Part shown: one piece after another, positions 26,484 through 36,577 of the stretch
Position numbering within the stretch: position 1 is the stretch's first letter
Layout of the letters: the number at the start of each line of letters is the position of its first letter
DNA from: a virus
Taxonomy: Duplodnaviria > Caudoviricetes
Virus record (IMG/VR): IMGVR_UViG_3300035676_000015
Span: 1-45,428 of that record
Direction: 5' to 3' (one strand)
Length of the DNA stretch: 45,428 nucleotides
Notes under the pieces: generated by a model
The model's database searches: none
Seen by the model: the letters and a program-made list of their open reading frames with translations, nothing else
What the model was told of the DNA's origin: nothing
Position numbers and translations under genes: made by a program

Positions 26484-29380
26484 TGGCTACTTACTATTGG
26501 GGTAATGGAGGAACATCTGGTACTGGAACTTGGACTAATGCAAGTGCCACTAACTGGTGGTTAAATGTAGGAAGAACAACTGCTGCTACAGTTGCTCCTA
26601 CAGCTGCTGATGATGTTATTATTGACTCTAGTTCTGGTACAGGTACTATTACTTGTACAGCAGGTGTATGTAATAACTTAACTGTTACAGCTACTCAAGC
26701 TATTGTATTAGGTGCAGCATCTTCTACACTAACTGTATCTGGTAATTTATCATTTCCTAGCGGTGGTTTATTTGCAGCAGCTAATAGTACTTGGGCAATT
26801 ACTTTTAATGCTACAACAACAGGTAAGACAATTACTACAAATGGAAAATCAGTAAGCAATATAACATTTGATGGAATTGGTGGTGGCTGGACATTACAAA
26901 GTGCTTTACTCTCTGTTAGTGCTCTTACCCTTACTAATGGAGCATTTAATGCTAATGGATTTGCAGTTACTTCTTTTGCGTTCGCTAGCAATAATACTAA
27001 TACTAGAACCCTTACAATGGGTAATGGTCTTTGGACTTTATCTGGCACAGGAACTGTTTGGAATTTTAGTGCAATTACAGGACTTACCTTTAATAAAGGT
27101 ACTTCTGACATACTTTTATCAAGTACTTCAACTACAGCAAGAACATTTACTGGTGGAACTTTAACTTATAATAAATTAACTATTGGTGGAACTACAGGAA
27201 CATCAACAACTACAATAGGTGGTGTAAACACTTTTGGAGAATTAGCTTCTACAAAAACTGTAGCTCATACAATATCTTTTAGTAGTAATCAAACAATAAC
27301 AACTTGGTCAGTAACAGGTACAGCAGGTAATGTAGTAACTGTAAACAACTCTACAGGTGGTAGTTCAAGGTCATTAACTATTACAAATAAAACGATAAAT
27401 ATAGATTATTTATCTTTAACTGATATTGCAAGTGCAAATATTGGACCAGTAACATTTTATGCTGGTGCTAATTCTACAAATAATACTAATAATACAGGTG
27501 TAGCATTTGTAGCAAGAACAACAGCAACACCAACAGTAGTTTATTTACTTACCTCACCTACAGGTTCTAATCAAACATTTACAGTTCCAACAGATTGGAA
27601 TAACTCTAATAACTCTGTTGTAGCTATTGGTGGTGGTGGAGGTTCTGGTAAGGGTAGTGGTTCTGGAGGTAACACAGGTGCAGGTGGCGGTGGAGGTGGC
27701 GGATACTCTTCATCATCAAATCTTACATTAACTCCTAGTAGCAGTATAACTTATAGAGTTGGTGTGGCAGGTTTTGCAGCAACAGTAAACGGTGCAAATG
27801 GTGGTGACGGTGGATCATCATGGTTTAATGGAACAACTTTAGCAGGCTCTTCTGTAGGTGCAAATGGTGGTACGGGAGGACAAGGTTCTACAGCAGGTGC
27901 TGCAGGCGGAGCAGGCGGCTCTATTACAGGAGCAACAGGAACTACAAAAAATGCTGGAGGTTCTGGTGCTACAAGAGTATCTGGTCGTGGGGGATCTGGC
28001 GGTGGTTCGTCTGGAGATAGTTTAAGTAATGGCGGTAATGGTGGCACTAATGGTGCTAGTGCTGGTGGTGATACTGGTGGTGGCGGTGGCGGTGGAGTAG
28101 GAGGTAATGGTTTTAATGCTACTACATCAGCTGGTGGTAATGGTGGTCTTACTCTTACAGGAGCTGCAGGAGGCTTAGGTAGCACAACTGCTGGAGGAGG
28201 TAGTGGCTCTGTTGGTGCTAACGGAGGTGGAGGCGGTGGCGGATTTATTACTGGAGCAGGTGCTAGAGGTGGATTAGCTACAGACTGGTCTGGAGGAGGC
28301 GGAGGTGGTGCAGGTGGTATGGCTGCAAATGGAACTCCAGGATTAGGTGGTAGTGGTGGTGGATATGGTGGGGGTGCAGGTTCTGGTGGACAATCTGGTA
28401 ATCTTTCAGCTAACGGTTCTTCTGGTGCACAAGGTGTAGTTGTTATTACATATGTTCCAGGAGGCACAACATATAATCAAACTGTAGCAGCTTCAAGTAC
28501 AACTGTAAGTACTGACACTTTAAGATTAGGTATTATTAAAACTTTTCCTTCTACAAGTACTGCTACGGATACTTTACAAATAGGTTTAATTGAAAATAGT
28601 ACATCTACAAGTACAGTTACTGATACTTTAAGCATAGGTTTAATTAAAAATATAACATCTACTGTTGCTGCTTTTTTAGCAACTTCTAAAGTTTATTTAA
28701 AAGTTCTTACCTCTTTAGTATCATCTGTAGTTTCTATGCTAAGAGGTCAAGTGTTATCTAAAGCAATAACAGCCTCTGTAACTAGTACTGTAAATATTGT
28801 TAAAGATATTAGTAAGTTTATTACTTCTACAGTGTCTAGTGTTATAGCTACACTTGCAACTATTAAATTTAAAATAGTTAGTTTAGTGGCTTCTGTTACC
28901 AGTACAAGCACTTTAATTAAACAAACTAGAAAAATAGTTAATGCTTTAAGTACATCAACAGTTACCTTAATAAGACAGATAGGTAAACTTGTAGTAGACC
29001 AGGTTACAAGTAGTGTTACTATAACCAGGGTAAGATCTTATGTTAGAACTTTAGTAGCTACAGCTGTAACAAGTACAGTTACTTTATTAAGAGCTCGTAT
29101 ATTTGCTAGAACTTTAACTGCAATATCTACAGTTACAGCAAATTTAATAAAAATAAGGACAAAAACCTTGACAATTGGGGTAAATTGTGGTATCATATTA
29201 AGTAAAGGTTTATTTAAAACATTAACTATCCTTTCTAGAGTATATGTAACACTCATCCCTAATTTCTTAAACTTTATCAATTTTGATCCTGAACGTTTAG
29301 TTTATATGCAGGCAAGGGTCAGAGAAATGATTGCAATTAAATTTAGAACCCTCTTTGCTAATAAGGATACTCAAATATGA
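26483..29380 (+). CDS. glycine-rich fibre/adhesin protein
   Basis: Thr/Gly/Asn beta-repeat region, poly-Gly domain and Thr/Val/Lys-rich C-terminal repeats. Confidence 0.8.
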   Translation: MATYYWGNGGTSGTGTWTNASATNWWLNVGRTTAATVAPTAADDVIIDSSSGTGTITCTAGVCNNLTVTATQAIVLGAASSTLTVSGNLSFPSGGLFAAANSTWAITFNATTTGKTITTNGKSVSNITFDGIGGGWTLQSALLSVSALTLTNGAFNANGFAVTSFAFASNNTNTRTLTMGNGLWTLSGTGTVWNFSAITGLTFNKGTSDILLSSTSTTARTFTGGTLTYNKLTIGGTTGTSTTTIGGVNTFGELASTKTVAHTISFSSNQTITTWSVTGTAGNVVTVNNSTGGSSRSLTITNKTINIDYLSLTDIASANIGPVTFYAGANSTNNTNNTGVAFVARTTATPTVVYLLTSPTGSNQTFTVPTDWNNSNNSVVAIGGGGGSGKGSGSGGNTGAGGGGGGGYSSSSNLTLTPSSSITYRVGVAGFAATVNGANGGDGGSSWFNGTTLAGSSVGANGGTGGQGSTAGAAGGAGGSITGATGTTKNAGGSGATRVSGRGGSGGGSSGDSLSNGGNGGTNGASAGGDTGGGGGGGVGGNGFNATTSAGGNGGLTLTGAAGGLGSTTAGGGSGSVGANGGGGGGGFITGAGARGGLATDWSGGGGGGAGGMAANGTPGLGGSGGGYGGGAGSGGQSGNLSANGSSGAQGVVVITYVPGGTTYNQTVAASSTTVSTDTLRLGIIKTFPSTSTATDTLQIGLIENSTSTSTVTDTLSIGLIKNITSTVAAFLATSKVYLKVLTSLVSSVVSMLRGQVLSKAITASVTSTVNIVKDISKFITSTVSSVIATLATIKFKIVSLVASVTSTSTLIKQTRKIVNALSTSTVTLIRQIGKLVVDQVTSSVTITRVRSYVRTLVATAVTSTVTLLRARIFARTLTAISTVTANLIKIRTKTLTIGVNCGIILSKGLFKTLTILSRVYVTLIPNFLNFINFDPERLVYMQARVREMIAIKFRTLFANKDTQI

Positions 29381-29688
29381 GTAATAGTTTTTCATACAAA
29401 GTAACTACAGAAAGTGAACAGTTTACTTTTGATTTTAGTGCTGTCTTAGGATCGACTGAGACTATTGGTACAGCAGTATGTACAGTAGAAGTTAAGTCTG
29501 GTACAGATGCTAACCCTAGTAATATTCTTGTAGGAACTGCTTCTTGGAGTGGTCCTAGAGTAGCTCAAAGAATTGCTAATGGTGTAGATGGTGTAACATA
29601 TAGACTTGAAATGACTATTACAACATCTGCTTCAAATACATATACTTTAATTGGTGACCTTCAAGTATTGTCACCTATCAACGTGTAA
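29377..29688 (+). CDS. putative fibre adaptor protein
   Basis: FTFDFS...ETI...GVDGVTYRL. Confidence 0.55.
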   Translation: MSNSFSYKVTTESEQFTFDFSAVLGSTETIGTAVCTVEVKSGTDANPSNILVGTASWSGPRVAQRIANGVDGVTYRLEMTITTSASNTYTLIGDLQVLSPINV

Positions 29689-29689
29689 C

Positions 29690-30043
29690 ATGTCGTATAA
29701 ACCACGGTATGATAAGGGTAATTGGATTGCAGACTGTGATGTCTGTGGTCGTAAGTATAAGGCATCTGCTCTTAGAAAACGTTGGGATGGTCTTATGTGT
29801 TGTGAAGACGATTGGGAAATTCGTCAACCACAAGACTTTGTAAGAGGTGTCTTAGATACACAGATAGCTCCTTGGTTAAGACCAGAACCATCAGATGCAT
29901 TTATGCCTGTATGCTATAGTAATAGTGCTGTAGCAGGTGTAGCTCAAGCAACATGCTCTTTAACTGGAACGTTTTTTCTTCCTGAAACAGTTCCACCAAG
30001 TTCATTTAATACAACTAATACAATAGGAAAGCCAGCCCCATAA
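29690..30043 (+). CDS. Cys-rich hypothetical virion-module protein
   Basis: CDVCG...WDGLMCC..DWEIRQPQ. Confidence 0.65.
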   Translation: MSYKPRYDKGNWIADCDVCGRKYKASALRKRWDGLMCCEDDWEIRQPQDFVRGVLDTQIAPWLRPEPSDAFMPVCYSNSAVAGVAQATCSLTGTFFLPETVPPSSFNTTNTIGKPAP

Positions 30044-31071
30044 TGCCAAGTACAACTTTTGTTAATAATCAAACCGTTATTTATGCTGATTGGCTAAATG
30101 ACGTTAATAGTATTACCTATAATATTTTAGGTAATGGTACTACCATACCTGCTACTAAGACAGCAGCAATGACTAACTTAGGTGCATTAAATAAAGATAA
30201 TAACTTATCTGATCTTTCTAGTGTTGTTTCTGCTAGAAGTAATTTAGGATTAGGTACAGCAGCTACTACTGCTGCTACATCTTATGCTCAGTCAGGTGCT
30301 TGTACTAATATTACATCTATTACAGGTTTATCAACACCTTTATCTACAGGTCAAGGTGGTACAGGTCTTTCTACATTTACAGCTAATAGAGCTTTTTATT
30401 CTAGTACTAGTTCAACCATTGTTAATGGTACTCTTCCTGTGGCTGCAGGAGGCACTGGAGTAAATACATTAACTTCTGGTAGTTTATTAGTTGGTAATGG
30501 TACAGGAGCAGTTACAGGAGTATCTCCATCAACTGCTGGTAATATATTAAAATCAACAGGTTCAGGTTGGCTTAGTTCTACTTTAGAAACTATTGTTTCA
30601 AAAGCTTATAACTGGAATGGTGTTTCTACTAATACTTTTTTAGATGTAACAATTCCTGCAGGAGCAACAACAATTGAAGTAATGTTTGTTTCAATATCTT
30701 TAAATGCAACTGATAATATATTAATTCAATTTTTAGATGGAGCTTCTCCAGTTAATGCAGGCTATGTTACAGCAAGTTCACAAATAACAACTGTAGTAGC
30801 ATCAAGTAATTATACTACTGGTTTTGGAATAAGAGGAAACTCAATTACTTCTCAATATAGTGGAATAGTAACACTTAAAAGATTAAATTCAACTACATGG
30901 GTTGGTTCTGGAACATGGGCAGCAGACTCTGCTGTAACTGGAACTGTTGCTGGAGTTTCTTTATCAACACCTTCTTCACCTTCAGGAATTCGTTTAACAA
31001 CTACAAGTTCTGGTGGTACTACTATTATTGATGCTGGTACTCTTTATGTAGCTTATTCACCAACATCATAA
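30043..31071 (+). CDS. tail fibre protein
   Basis: ADWLNDVN head, NNLSDL..ARSNLGLG, GGTG repeats. Confidence 0.75.
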   Translation: MPSTTFVNNQTVIYADWLNDVNSITYNILGNGTTIPATKTAAMTNLGALNKDNNLSDLSSVVSARSNLGLGTAATTAATSYAQSGACTNITSITGLSTPLSTGQGGTGLSTFTANRAFYSSTSSTIVNGTLPVAAGGTGVNTLTSGSLLVGNGTGAVTGVSPSTAGNILKSTGSGWLSSTLETIVSKAYNWNGVSTNTFLDVTIPAGATTIEVMFVSISLNATDNILIQFLDGASPVNAGYVTASSQITTVVASSNYTTGFGIRGNSITSQYSGIVTLKRLNSTTWVGSGTWAADSAVTGTVAGVSLSTPSSPSGIRLTTTSSGGTTIIDAGTLYVAYSPTS

Positions 31072-31072
31072 T

Positions 31073-31438
31073 ATGGATCCAATAACAATATTATCTGCTT
31101 TTGCTCCCGTAGTAATGGATTTAGGTAAATCCCTTATTAATAAATTTGTAGCACCTGATCAATTTAAACCAGCTACTATAGAACAGTATGCTCAGATGAA
31201 ACAAATTGATCTTGAGTTCTTTAAAGTAATGAATGAAGCTGGATCAGGTAATCCTAGCTATCCTTGGGTAGAAGCTATAGTTAGATTAATGAGACCTCTA
31301 ATAGGCCTTCTTGTGCTTTCTATGTGGGGTTATACCATAGTTAGTGGTAACCCTAGTGAGCAAGTTAATAACTTTGCTAGTGCTGTTGGTTTCTATTTAT
31401 TTGGTGAACGCAGTCTATTTTATATTAAAAAGAAATGA
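31073..31438 (+). CDS. putative holin
   Basis: RLMRP, hydrophobic helices and GFYLFGERS; adjacent to the endolysin. Confidence 0.6.
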   Translation: MDPITILSAFAPVVMDLGKSLINKFVAPDQFKPATIEQYAQMKQIDLEFFKVMNEAGSGNPSYPWVEAIVRLMRPLIGLLVLSMWGYTIVSGNPSEQVNNFASAVGFYLFGERSLFYIKKK

Positions 31439-31866
31439 AACTAAGTCCTAACTTTAGTTTAGAAGAACTTACTCAAAGTGAAACAGCTGTACGTCTAGGA
31501 TTAGATAATACACCTTCTAAAGACGTAGAAGCAAACTTAGTTCGGTTAGCTCGTTTGTTAGAAGAAGTAAGACGTATTCTTGGTAGACCTGTAATGGTAA
31601 ACTCTGCTTATCGTAGTCCAGAAGTTAATAAAGCTATAGGTAGTAAACCTACATCACAACACTGTATAGGTTGTGCAGCAGACATTAGAGTACCAGGATT
31701 AACACCTGATAGTGTTGTTAAAGAATTACTTAAAACAAACTTAGAATTTGATCAACTTATTAGAGAGTTTGACTCTTGGGTACATATATCTATACCTAAT
31801 AAGTTTGCAGATAAACCTAGAAAGCAAGTATTAATTATAGATAAAGCTGGCACTCGTCCTTATTAA
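31435..31866 (+). CDS. endolysin, peptidase M15A family
   Basis: LSPNFSLEEL, SAYRSPEVN, SQH..G.AAD, WVHIS. Confidence 0.9.
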   Translation: MKLSPNFSLEELTQSETAVRLGLDNTPSKDVEANLVRLARLLEEVRRILGRPVMVNSAYRSPEVNKAIGSKPTSQHCIGCAADIRVPGLTPDSVVKELLKTNLEFDQLIREFDSWVHISIPNKFADKPRKQVLIIDKAGTRPY

Positions 31867-31870
31867 TGCC

Positions 31871-32209
31871 ATGAATCTTATTACTGTTGAGACGTGTAAA
31901 GCTGTATATAGAATGTTTACAGAGTTACCACCTTTTAACAAGTATGAATTACCAAGACCCTCTGAGATAGAATTTATAGTTGTAGATGATCCTGAGTTAT
32001 ATGGGTCATACTCACCTGAGCCGCACTGTATTACTATTAGTACAGCAAAGCAAAGTCATCTACAAACATTACAGCAAACTATAGCACATGAAATGGTACA
32101 TCTTATTCTTTATCTACAAGGTAAAAGATATGAGCTCCATAACAAAAACTTCTATAAACTAACATATCAAGTCGCAGCTATATATGGCTGGGAACCCAAG
32201 GATTTATAA
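31871..32209 (+). CDS. SprT-like HExxH metallopeptidase domain protein
   Basis: TIAHEMVHL...HNKNF. Confidence 0.7.
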   Translation: MNLITVETCKAVYRMFTELPPFNKYELPRPSEIEFIVVDDPELYGSYSPEPHCITISTAKQSHLQTLQQTIAHEMVHLILYLQGKRYELHNKNFYKLTYQVAAIYGWEPKDL

Positions 32210-32397
32210 TGACTGAACATGAACACTTAACAGATGCAACTAAACACGTACTTGATGGTGCATCAATTGCTACAGCAGTAGGAACTTTAATGCAAGTACT
32301 ACCTGCAATAGCTGCTTTATTTACTATTATATGGACTGCTATTCGTATTTACGAAACTAAAACTATTCAAAAGTTAATAGGCAAAAACAAGGATTAA
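32209..32397 (+). CDS. small membrane protein (holin/antiholin-like)
   Basis: LPAIAALFTIIWTAIRIYET. Confidence 0.6.
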   Translation: MTEHEHLTDATKHVLDGASIATAVGTLMQVLPAIAALFTIIWTAIRIYETKTIQKLIGKNKD

Positions 32398-32398
32398 T

Positions 32399-33145
32399 AT
32401 GGCTACTTCAGGAACCACTACTTTTACCGTTACAAGAGATCAAATTATTGAGTCTGCTTTACGTAGTTTAGCAGTTCTTGAAGAAGGTGCTACACCAGCA
32501 GCTACGACTTTAGAAAACTCTTCTTTTGCTTTAAATCTTATTTTAAAGAAATGGCAATCAGAAGGTATTAAACTATGGACGGTTGTTGAGTATACACTAC
32601 CATTAGTTGATGAACAAACATCTTATACAATAGGACCCTCTGGTTCTTATAATTTAAATGCTGATAAACCTTTAAGACTTATTCAAGCATTCTTAAGAAA
32701 CTTATCTGTTAGTCCTAACATTGACATGCCTATGACTCTTATCTCAGAACAAGAGTATAATATTCTTGGTAGTAAAAAGTCTGAAGGTAATGTTAATACT
32801 GTGTTCTATAAACCATGGAGAGACTATGGTGAAGTTAAAGTTTTCTTAACTCCTAATACAAGTACAGCTACTAACTATGAATTACACATGACTGTACAAA
32901 GACCTATTCAAGATATTACAAGTGCAAATCAAAACTTTGATTTTCCATCAGAATGGTTCTTAGCTCTTAAATGGGCATTAGTTGCAGAGTTAGCATCTGA
33001 TTATGAAAAGACTTTACAAGATAAAAATTACTATGAACAAAAAGCGTTAATGCTTAAAAATGAATTAATGGATTGGGATATTGAATGGAACTCAACATTC
33101 TTCCAACCAGACTTAAGATCAGGCTTTAATAGGAGCTTCCGTTAA
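32399..33145 (+). CDS. head-tail adaptor (P22 gp4-like position)
   Basis: MATSGT...QII..AL...LN.....W; LKWALVAELA. Confidence 0.65.
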   Translation: MATSGTTTFTVTRDQIIESALRSLAVLEEGATPAATTLENSSFALNLILKKWQSEGIKLWTVVEYTLPLVDEQTSYTIGPSGSYNLNADKPLRLIQAFLRNLSVSPNIDMPMTLISEQEYNILGSKKSEGNVNTVFYKPWRDYGEVKVFLTPNTSTATNYELHMTVQRPIQDITSANQNFDFPSEWFLALKWALVAELASDYEKTLQDKNYYEQKALMLKNELMDWDIEWNSTFFQPDLRSGFNRSFR

Positions 33146-35373
33146 TGGCAATTGTTAATGTTCCTTTAACAACACCACTTAAATTCCGTACTAATAGTAC
33201 TAGTAAGGATGCTAAGATGGTTAATTGTTTTAAAGAAACAATGGCTAATCAAAAGACGTTAGTTATTAAACGTCCAGGTAAAGCCTCATATCCTATTACA
33301 CCTGCCCTTCCTGCAAATGGTAATGGTCTTTGGGTATACAATAATAATTTGTATGCAGGTGCTGGAGATAAACTATATAGAATTACTGGTGGAACTTCTG
33401 TAGAATTATTATCTGGTTTAAGTACTCTAAATCTAAGTTGGGCAAATACTTTAGATACATCAAGCCCACATCCTTACATGGTATTCCATGATCAAGTTAA
33501 TGGTTATTGGATGGATGCTACAGGTAAGATTGCTAAAATTAAATCTCAAGTTGATTTAGTTGTAATTAGTAATGGTGGATCTGGTTATCCTTCTGGTGGT
33601 GGTACATTTACAGTAGGAACTGAATGGGTTGCTTCTTCTTATGCAGCAGTTGATACTCAAGTTATTTATGGAGTTAATTTATATACAGTAACAGTAGGTG
33701 GAACGTTTGGTACAACTCCTCCTACCCATACATCAGGAAGTGTTACAAATGGAACAACAACCTTAACATGGGCTGGTATTGTTGCTTCAGGAACATATAG
33801 TTCTACATCAGGTTCAATTACTAATACAACAATTACAGAGCCTGGTAGTGGCTATACAGGACCTGGTACAGTTAATTTTAGTAATGATTCTTTTGATGGT
33901 GTTGGTAGTATTGCTGGTACAGTTTTAACTGTTACAAGTGTTACATCTGGTTCTTTATATAATGGTATGGCAATTTCTGGTGGTACTATTGTAGGGTTTA
34001 CTCAAATACTAGCACAAGCTACTGCAACAGGAACAATAGCTGCGTCTGCTACACGAGTTAGTGGTGGAGCAAAAAGTGAATTTAGTATGACTCTTTCGTC
34101 ATTAACTAATGTTGCTGTAAATCAATTAATGACAGGTACAGGTGTTCCAAGTGGTACAATTGTTTTAACAGTTAATAGTGCTACTAAAACTATTACATTT
34201 AATAATGCTTTAACATTAGCTGCCACAGGTACATATAATTTTTATAATCAAGGTGGCACTGGAACATACGTAGTTAATATTTCACAAACAGTTGTTAGTA
34301 CTCCTTTTACAGGAGCTCCTTCTATAGCAGCTGTTGCAAGTGCTTCTTTAAACGCATTTCCAACTAATCCTAAACCTGGTTTAGTTTATCTTGATGGTTA
34401 TGTATTTGTAATGGATTCTCAAGGAACTATTTGGCAATCAAACAATGAAGATCCTACATCTTGGGGATCTTTAAATTATACATCAGCTGTATCAGAAGCA
34501 GATAAAGGTATGGCTTTAGCAAGACACTTAAATTACATTATTGCATTTAAACAATGGACTGCTGATTTCTTTTATGATAATGGTAATCCTACAGGTTCTG
34601 TATTAGCTATTAATCAAACAGCTCACTTAGAAATAGGATGTGCCGATGGTAACTCTATTCAAAACCCTGAACAAACATTAATATGGATGGCTAATGTTGT
34701 TGAAGGTGGTAGATCAGTAATGATGCTTGAAGGGTTACAACCTAAAAAAATATCAACTAAAGCTATTGAAACGTTTTTAAATGCAAGTGATTTATCTGGT
34801 ACATTTTCTTGGTTATATAAAATAGCAGGACATACATTTTATGGTCTTGTATTAACAGATCAAAATGTAACTCTTGTATATGATTTACAAGAAGATGATT
34901 GGCATATATGGACTACAAGTAAAGATTACATTGGTGGTGGTGAAAATTACTTTGAATGTTCTTTTGTTGTACAGTATCCTTTCAATACTGGTGACTTTTA
35001 TGTACTAGATAACATTAATGGTTTAGTATTTACACTAAGCCCTAATAACTACGTAGATCCTTTTGGACCTATTAAAATGCGGGTAGTTACAGATCGTATG
35101 GATTTTGATACTTATGCATTTAAAACAGGATATGGATTAACAATCTTTGGTGATAATATTAAAGATGTTATGCAAGTAAGACATACAGAAGATGACTATG
35201 CTACGTGGTCTCCTTACCGTAATATAGATTTAAATTTACAAAAACCTTGTTTATATCAATTAGGTAGGTTTAGACGAAGAGCTTACGAGTTTTTATATTC
35301 AGGTAATTTTCCTTTAAGATTAGAAAAAGTAGAGTTTAACCTTAATGGTAGATTAGATCCTATGGCAGAGTAA
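33145..35373 (+). CDS. tail hub/nozzle (P22 gp10-like) with large internal insertion
   Basis: KRPG, YLDGYVFV, TLVYDL....WH, QLGRFRRR. Confidence 0.75.
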   Translation: MAIVNVPLTTPLKFRTNSTSKDAKMVNCFKETMANQKTLVIKRPGKASYPITPALPANGNGLWVYNNNLYAGAGDKLYRITGGTSVELLSGLSTLNLSWANTLDTSSPHPYMVFHDQVNGYWMDATGKIAKIKSQVDLVVISNGGSGYPSGGGTFTVGTEWVASSYAAVDTQVIYGVNLYTVTVGGTFGTTPPTHTSGSVTNGTTTLTWAGIVASGTYSSTSGSITNTTITEPGSGYTGPGTVNFSNDSFDGVGSIAGTVLTVTSVTSGSLYNGMAISGGTIVGFTQILAQATATGTIAASATRVSGGAKSEFSMTLSSLTNVAVNQLMTGTGVPSGTIVLTVNSATKTITFNNALTLAATGTYNFYNQGGTGTYVVNISQTVVSTPFTGAPSIAAVASASLNAFPTNPKPGLVYLDGYVFVMDSQGTIWQSNNEDPTSWGSLNYTSAVSEADKGMALARHLNYIIAFKQWTADFFYDNGNPTGSVLAINQTAHLEIGCADGNSIQNPEQTLIWMANVVEGGRSVMMLEGLQPKKISTKAIETFLNASDLSGTFSWLYKIAGHTFYGLVLTDQNVTLVYDLQEDDWHIWTTSKDYIGGGENYFECSFVVQYPFNTGDFYVLDNINGLVFTLSPNNYVDPFGPIKMRVVTDRMDFDTYAFKTGYGLTIFGDNIKDVMQVRHTEDDYATWSPYRNIDLNLQKPCLYQLGRFRRRAYEFLYSGNFPLRLEKVEFNLNGRLDPMAE

Positions 35374-35789
35374 TGAATATACTTTTAATAAATAAAGATG
35401 ACTATACAAAAGTCTTTCCTAAAATAGAATCTTTTTTAGAGTTAGCTGCAAATTATACTTATGGTAGATTTAGTGCTAATGATATTAAAACAGATCTATT
35501 AACTAAACAACAACAACTTTGGATAGCATATGACAGTAATGAAGTATATGGATTTGTTGTTACTGAAGTTATTAGCTATCCTAGATTAAAAGTTTTAATT
35601 ATGCATTTTACTGCAGGTAAAAAACTACTTAAATGGAAAGATTTAATGTTAAGTGATTTACAAGACTTTGCTAAGTCTAATGGTTGTAAGACTATTGAAT
35701 CTTACGGAAGACCTGGATGGGCAAAGATATTTAAGAATGATGGTTACAAACAACAATTTATATTTTACGAATTACCCGTGGAGAACTAA
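35373..35789 (+). CDS. GNAT-fold protein (P22 gp14-like position)
   Basis: QLWI...FAKSNGCKTIESYGRPGW. Confidence 0.6.
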   Translation: MNILLINKDDYTKVFPKIESFLELAANYTYGRFSANDIKTDLLTKQQQLWIAYDSNEVYGFVVTEVISYPRLKVLIMHFTAGKKLLKWKDLMLSDLQDFAKSNGCKTIESYGRPGWAKIFKNDGYKQQFIFYELPVEN

Positions 35790-35791
35790 AA

Positions 35792-36562
35792 ATGTATAAA
35801 ATGATTAACTTATTTAATTGGGTTACTACTTTAGTAGAAGCTTTTACTTTTTATGGTGGAGGTAAAGGTGGCTCATCTGGAAGTAGCTCTTCATCGGCAC
35901 AAGACTTTTTTGGTAGAGGTGTTAGAAAACCCTATGCTGATATGTTATTAGAATTAATTACAGGATCGGGTGATGGTTTATTTGGTGGTAACGTTGTTAA
36001 TATACCTGGAATAGGTAGAAATAAAGCTCAAAAAGTTACTGTAGGACAAATGGGAATTAGTGACTTTATACAATCTATGCCTGGTTATCAGTTTGGATTA
36101 GATCAAGGAACAGAAGCTTTACAAAGAAAGTTTAAAGCAACTGGTGTAGGACCATCAGGTTATGAGAATTTAGCATTACAAAACTATGGTCAACAGTATG
36201 CTGGTAATTACTATAATAATTTAATAAGTAATTTAATGGGTGCATCTGGAGCTACTGGATTAGGTTTAGGTCAAAGTTCTCAATCTAGCCAACAAGGTGA
36301 AAGTCCATTATGGGGTGTTGCAGGTACTGTTGCTGCTGCACTACCTTGGAGTACATGGTTTTCTGATAAAAATCTTAAAACTAATATTAAACATATTGAT
36401 ACAATTAAAGGTATTAAGATTTATAGCTTTAATTATATCTGGTCTTATGTTAAATCAATTGGTGTTATGGCTCAAGACTTACTTAAGATGCCTCAATATA
36501 AAAACGCAGTACACATGACAAACATAGGGTATATGGTTGATTACTCTAAATTACCTATTTAA
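35792..36562 (+). CDS. DNA ejection protein (P22 gp7-like) with C-terminal peptidase S74-like domain
   Basis: GGGKGG, PGYQFGLDQG; SDKNLKTNI...GVMAQD...VDYSKL. Confidence 0.7.
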   Translation: MYKMINLFNWVTTLVEAFTFYGGGKGGSSGSSSSSAQDFFGRGVRKPYADMLLELITGSGDGLFGGNVVNIPGIGRNKAQKVTVGQMGISDFIQSMPGYQFGLDQGTEALQRKFKATGVGPSGYENLALQNYGQQYAGNYYNNLISNLMGASGATGLGLGQSSQSSQQGESPLWGVAGTVAAALPWSTWFSDKNLKTNIKHIDTIKGIKIYSFNYIWSYVKSIGVMAQDLLKMPQYKNAVHMTNIGYMVDYSKLPI

Positions 36563-36577
36563 TTAAAGGATATTACT

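Noticed and set aside
27751-28467. 238-aa Pro-rich minus-strand ORF
   Set aside because: It is the antisense shadow of GGN codons in the glycine-rich fibre gene.
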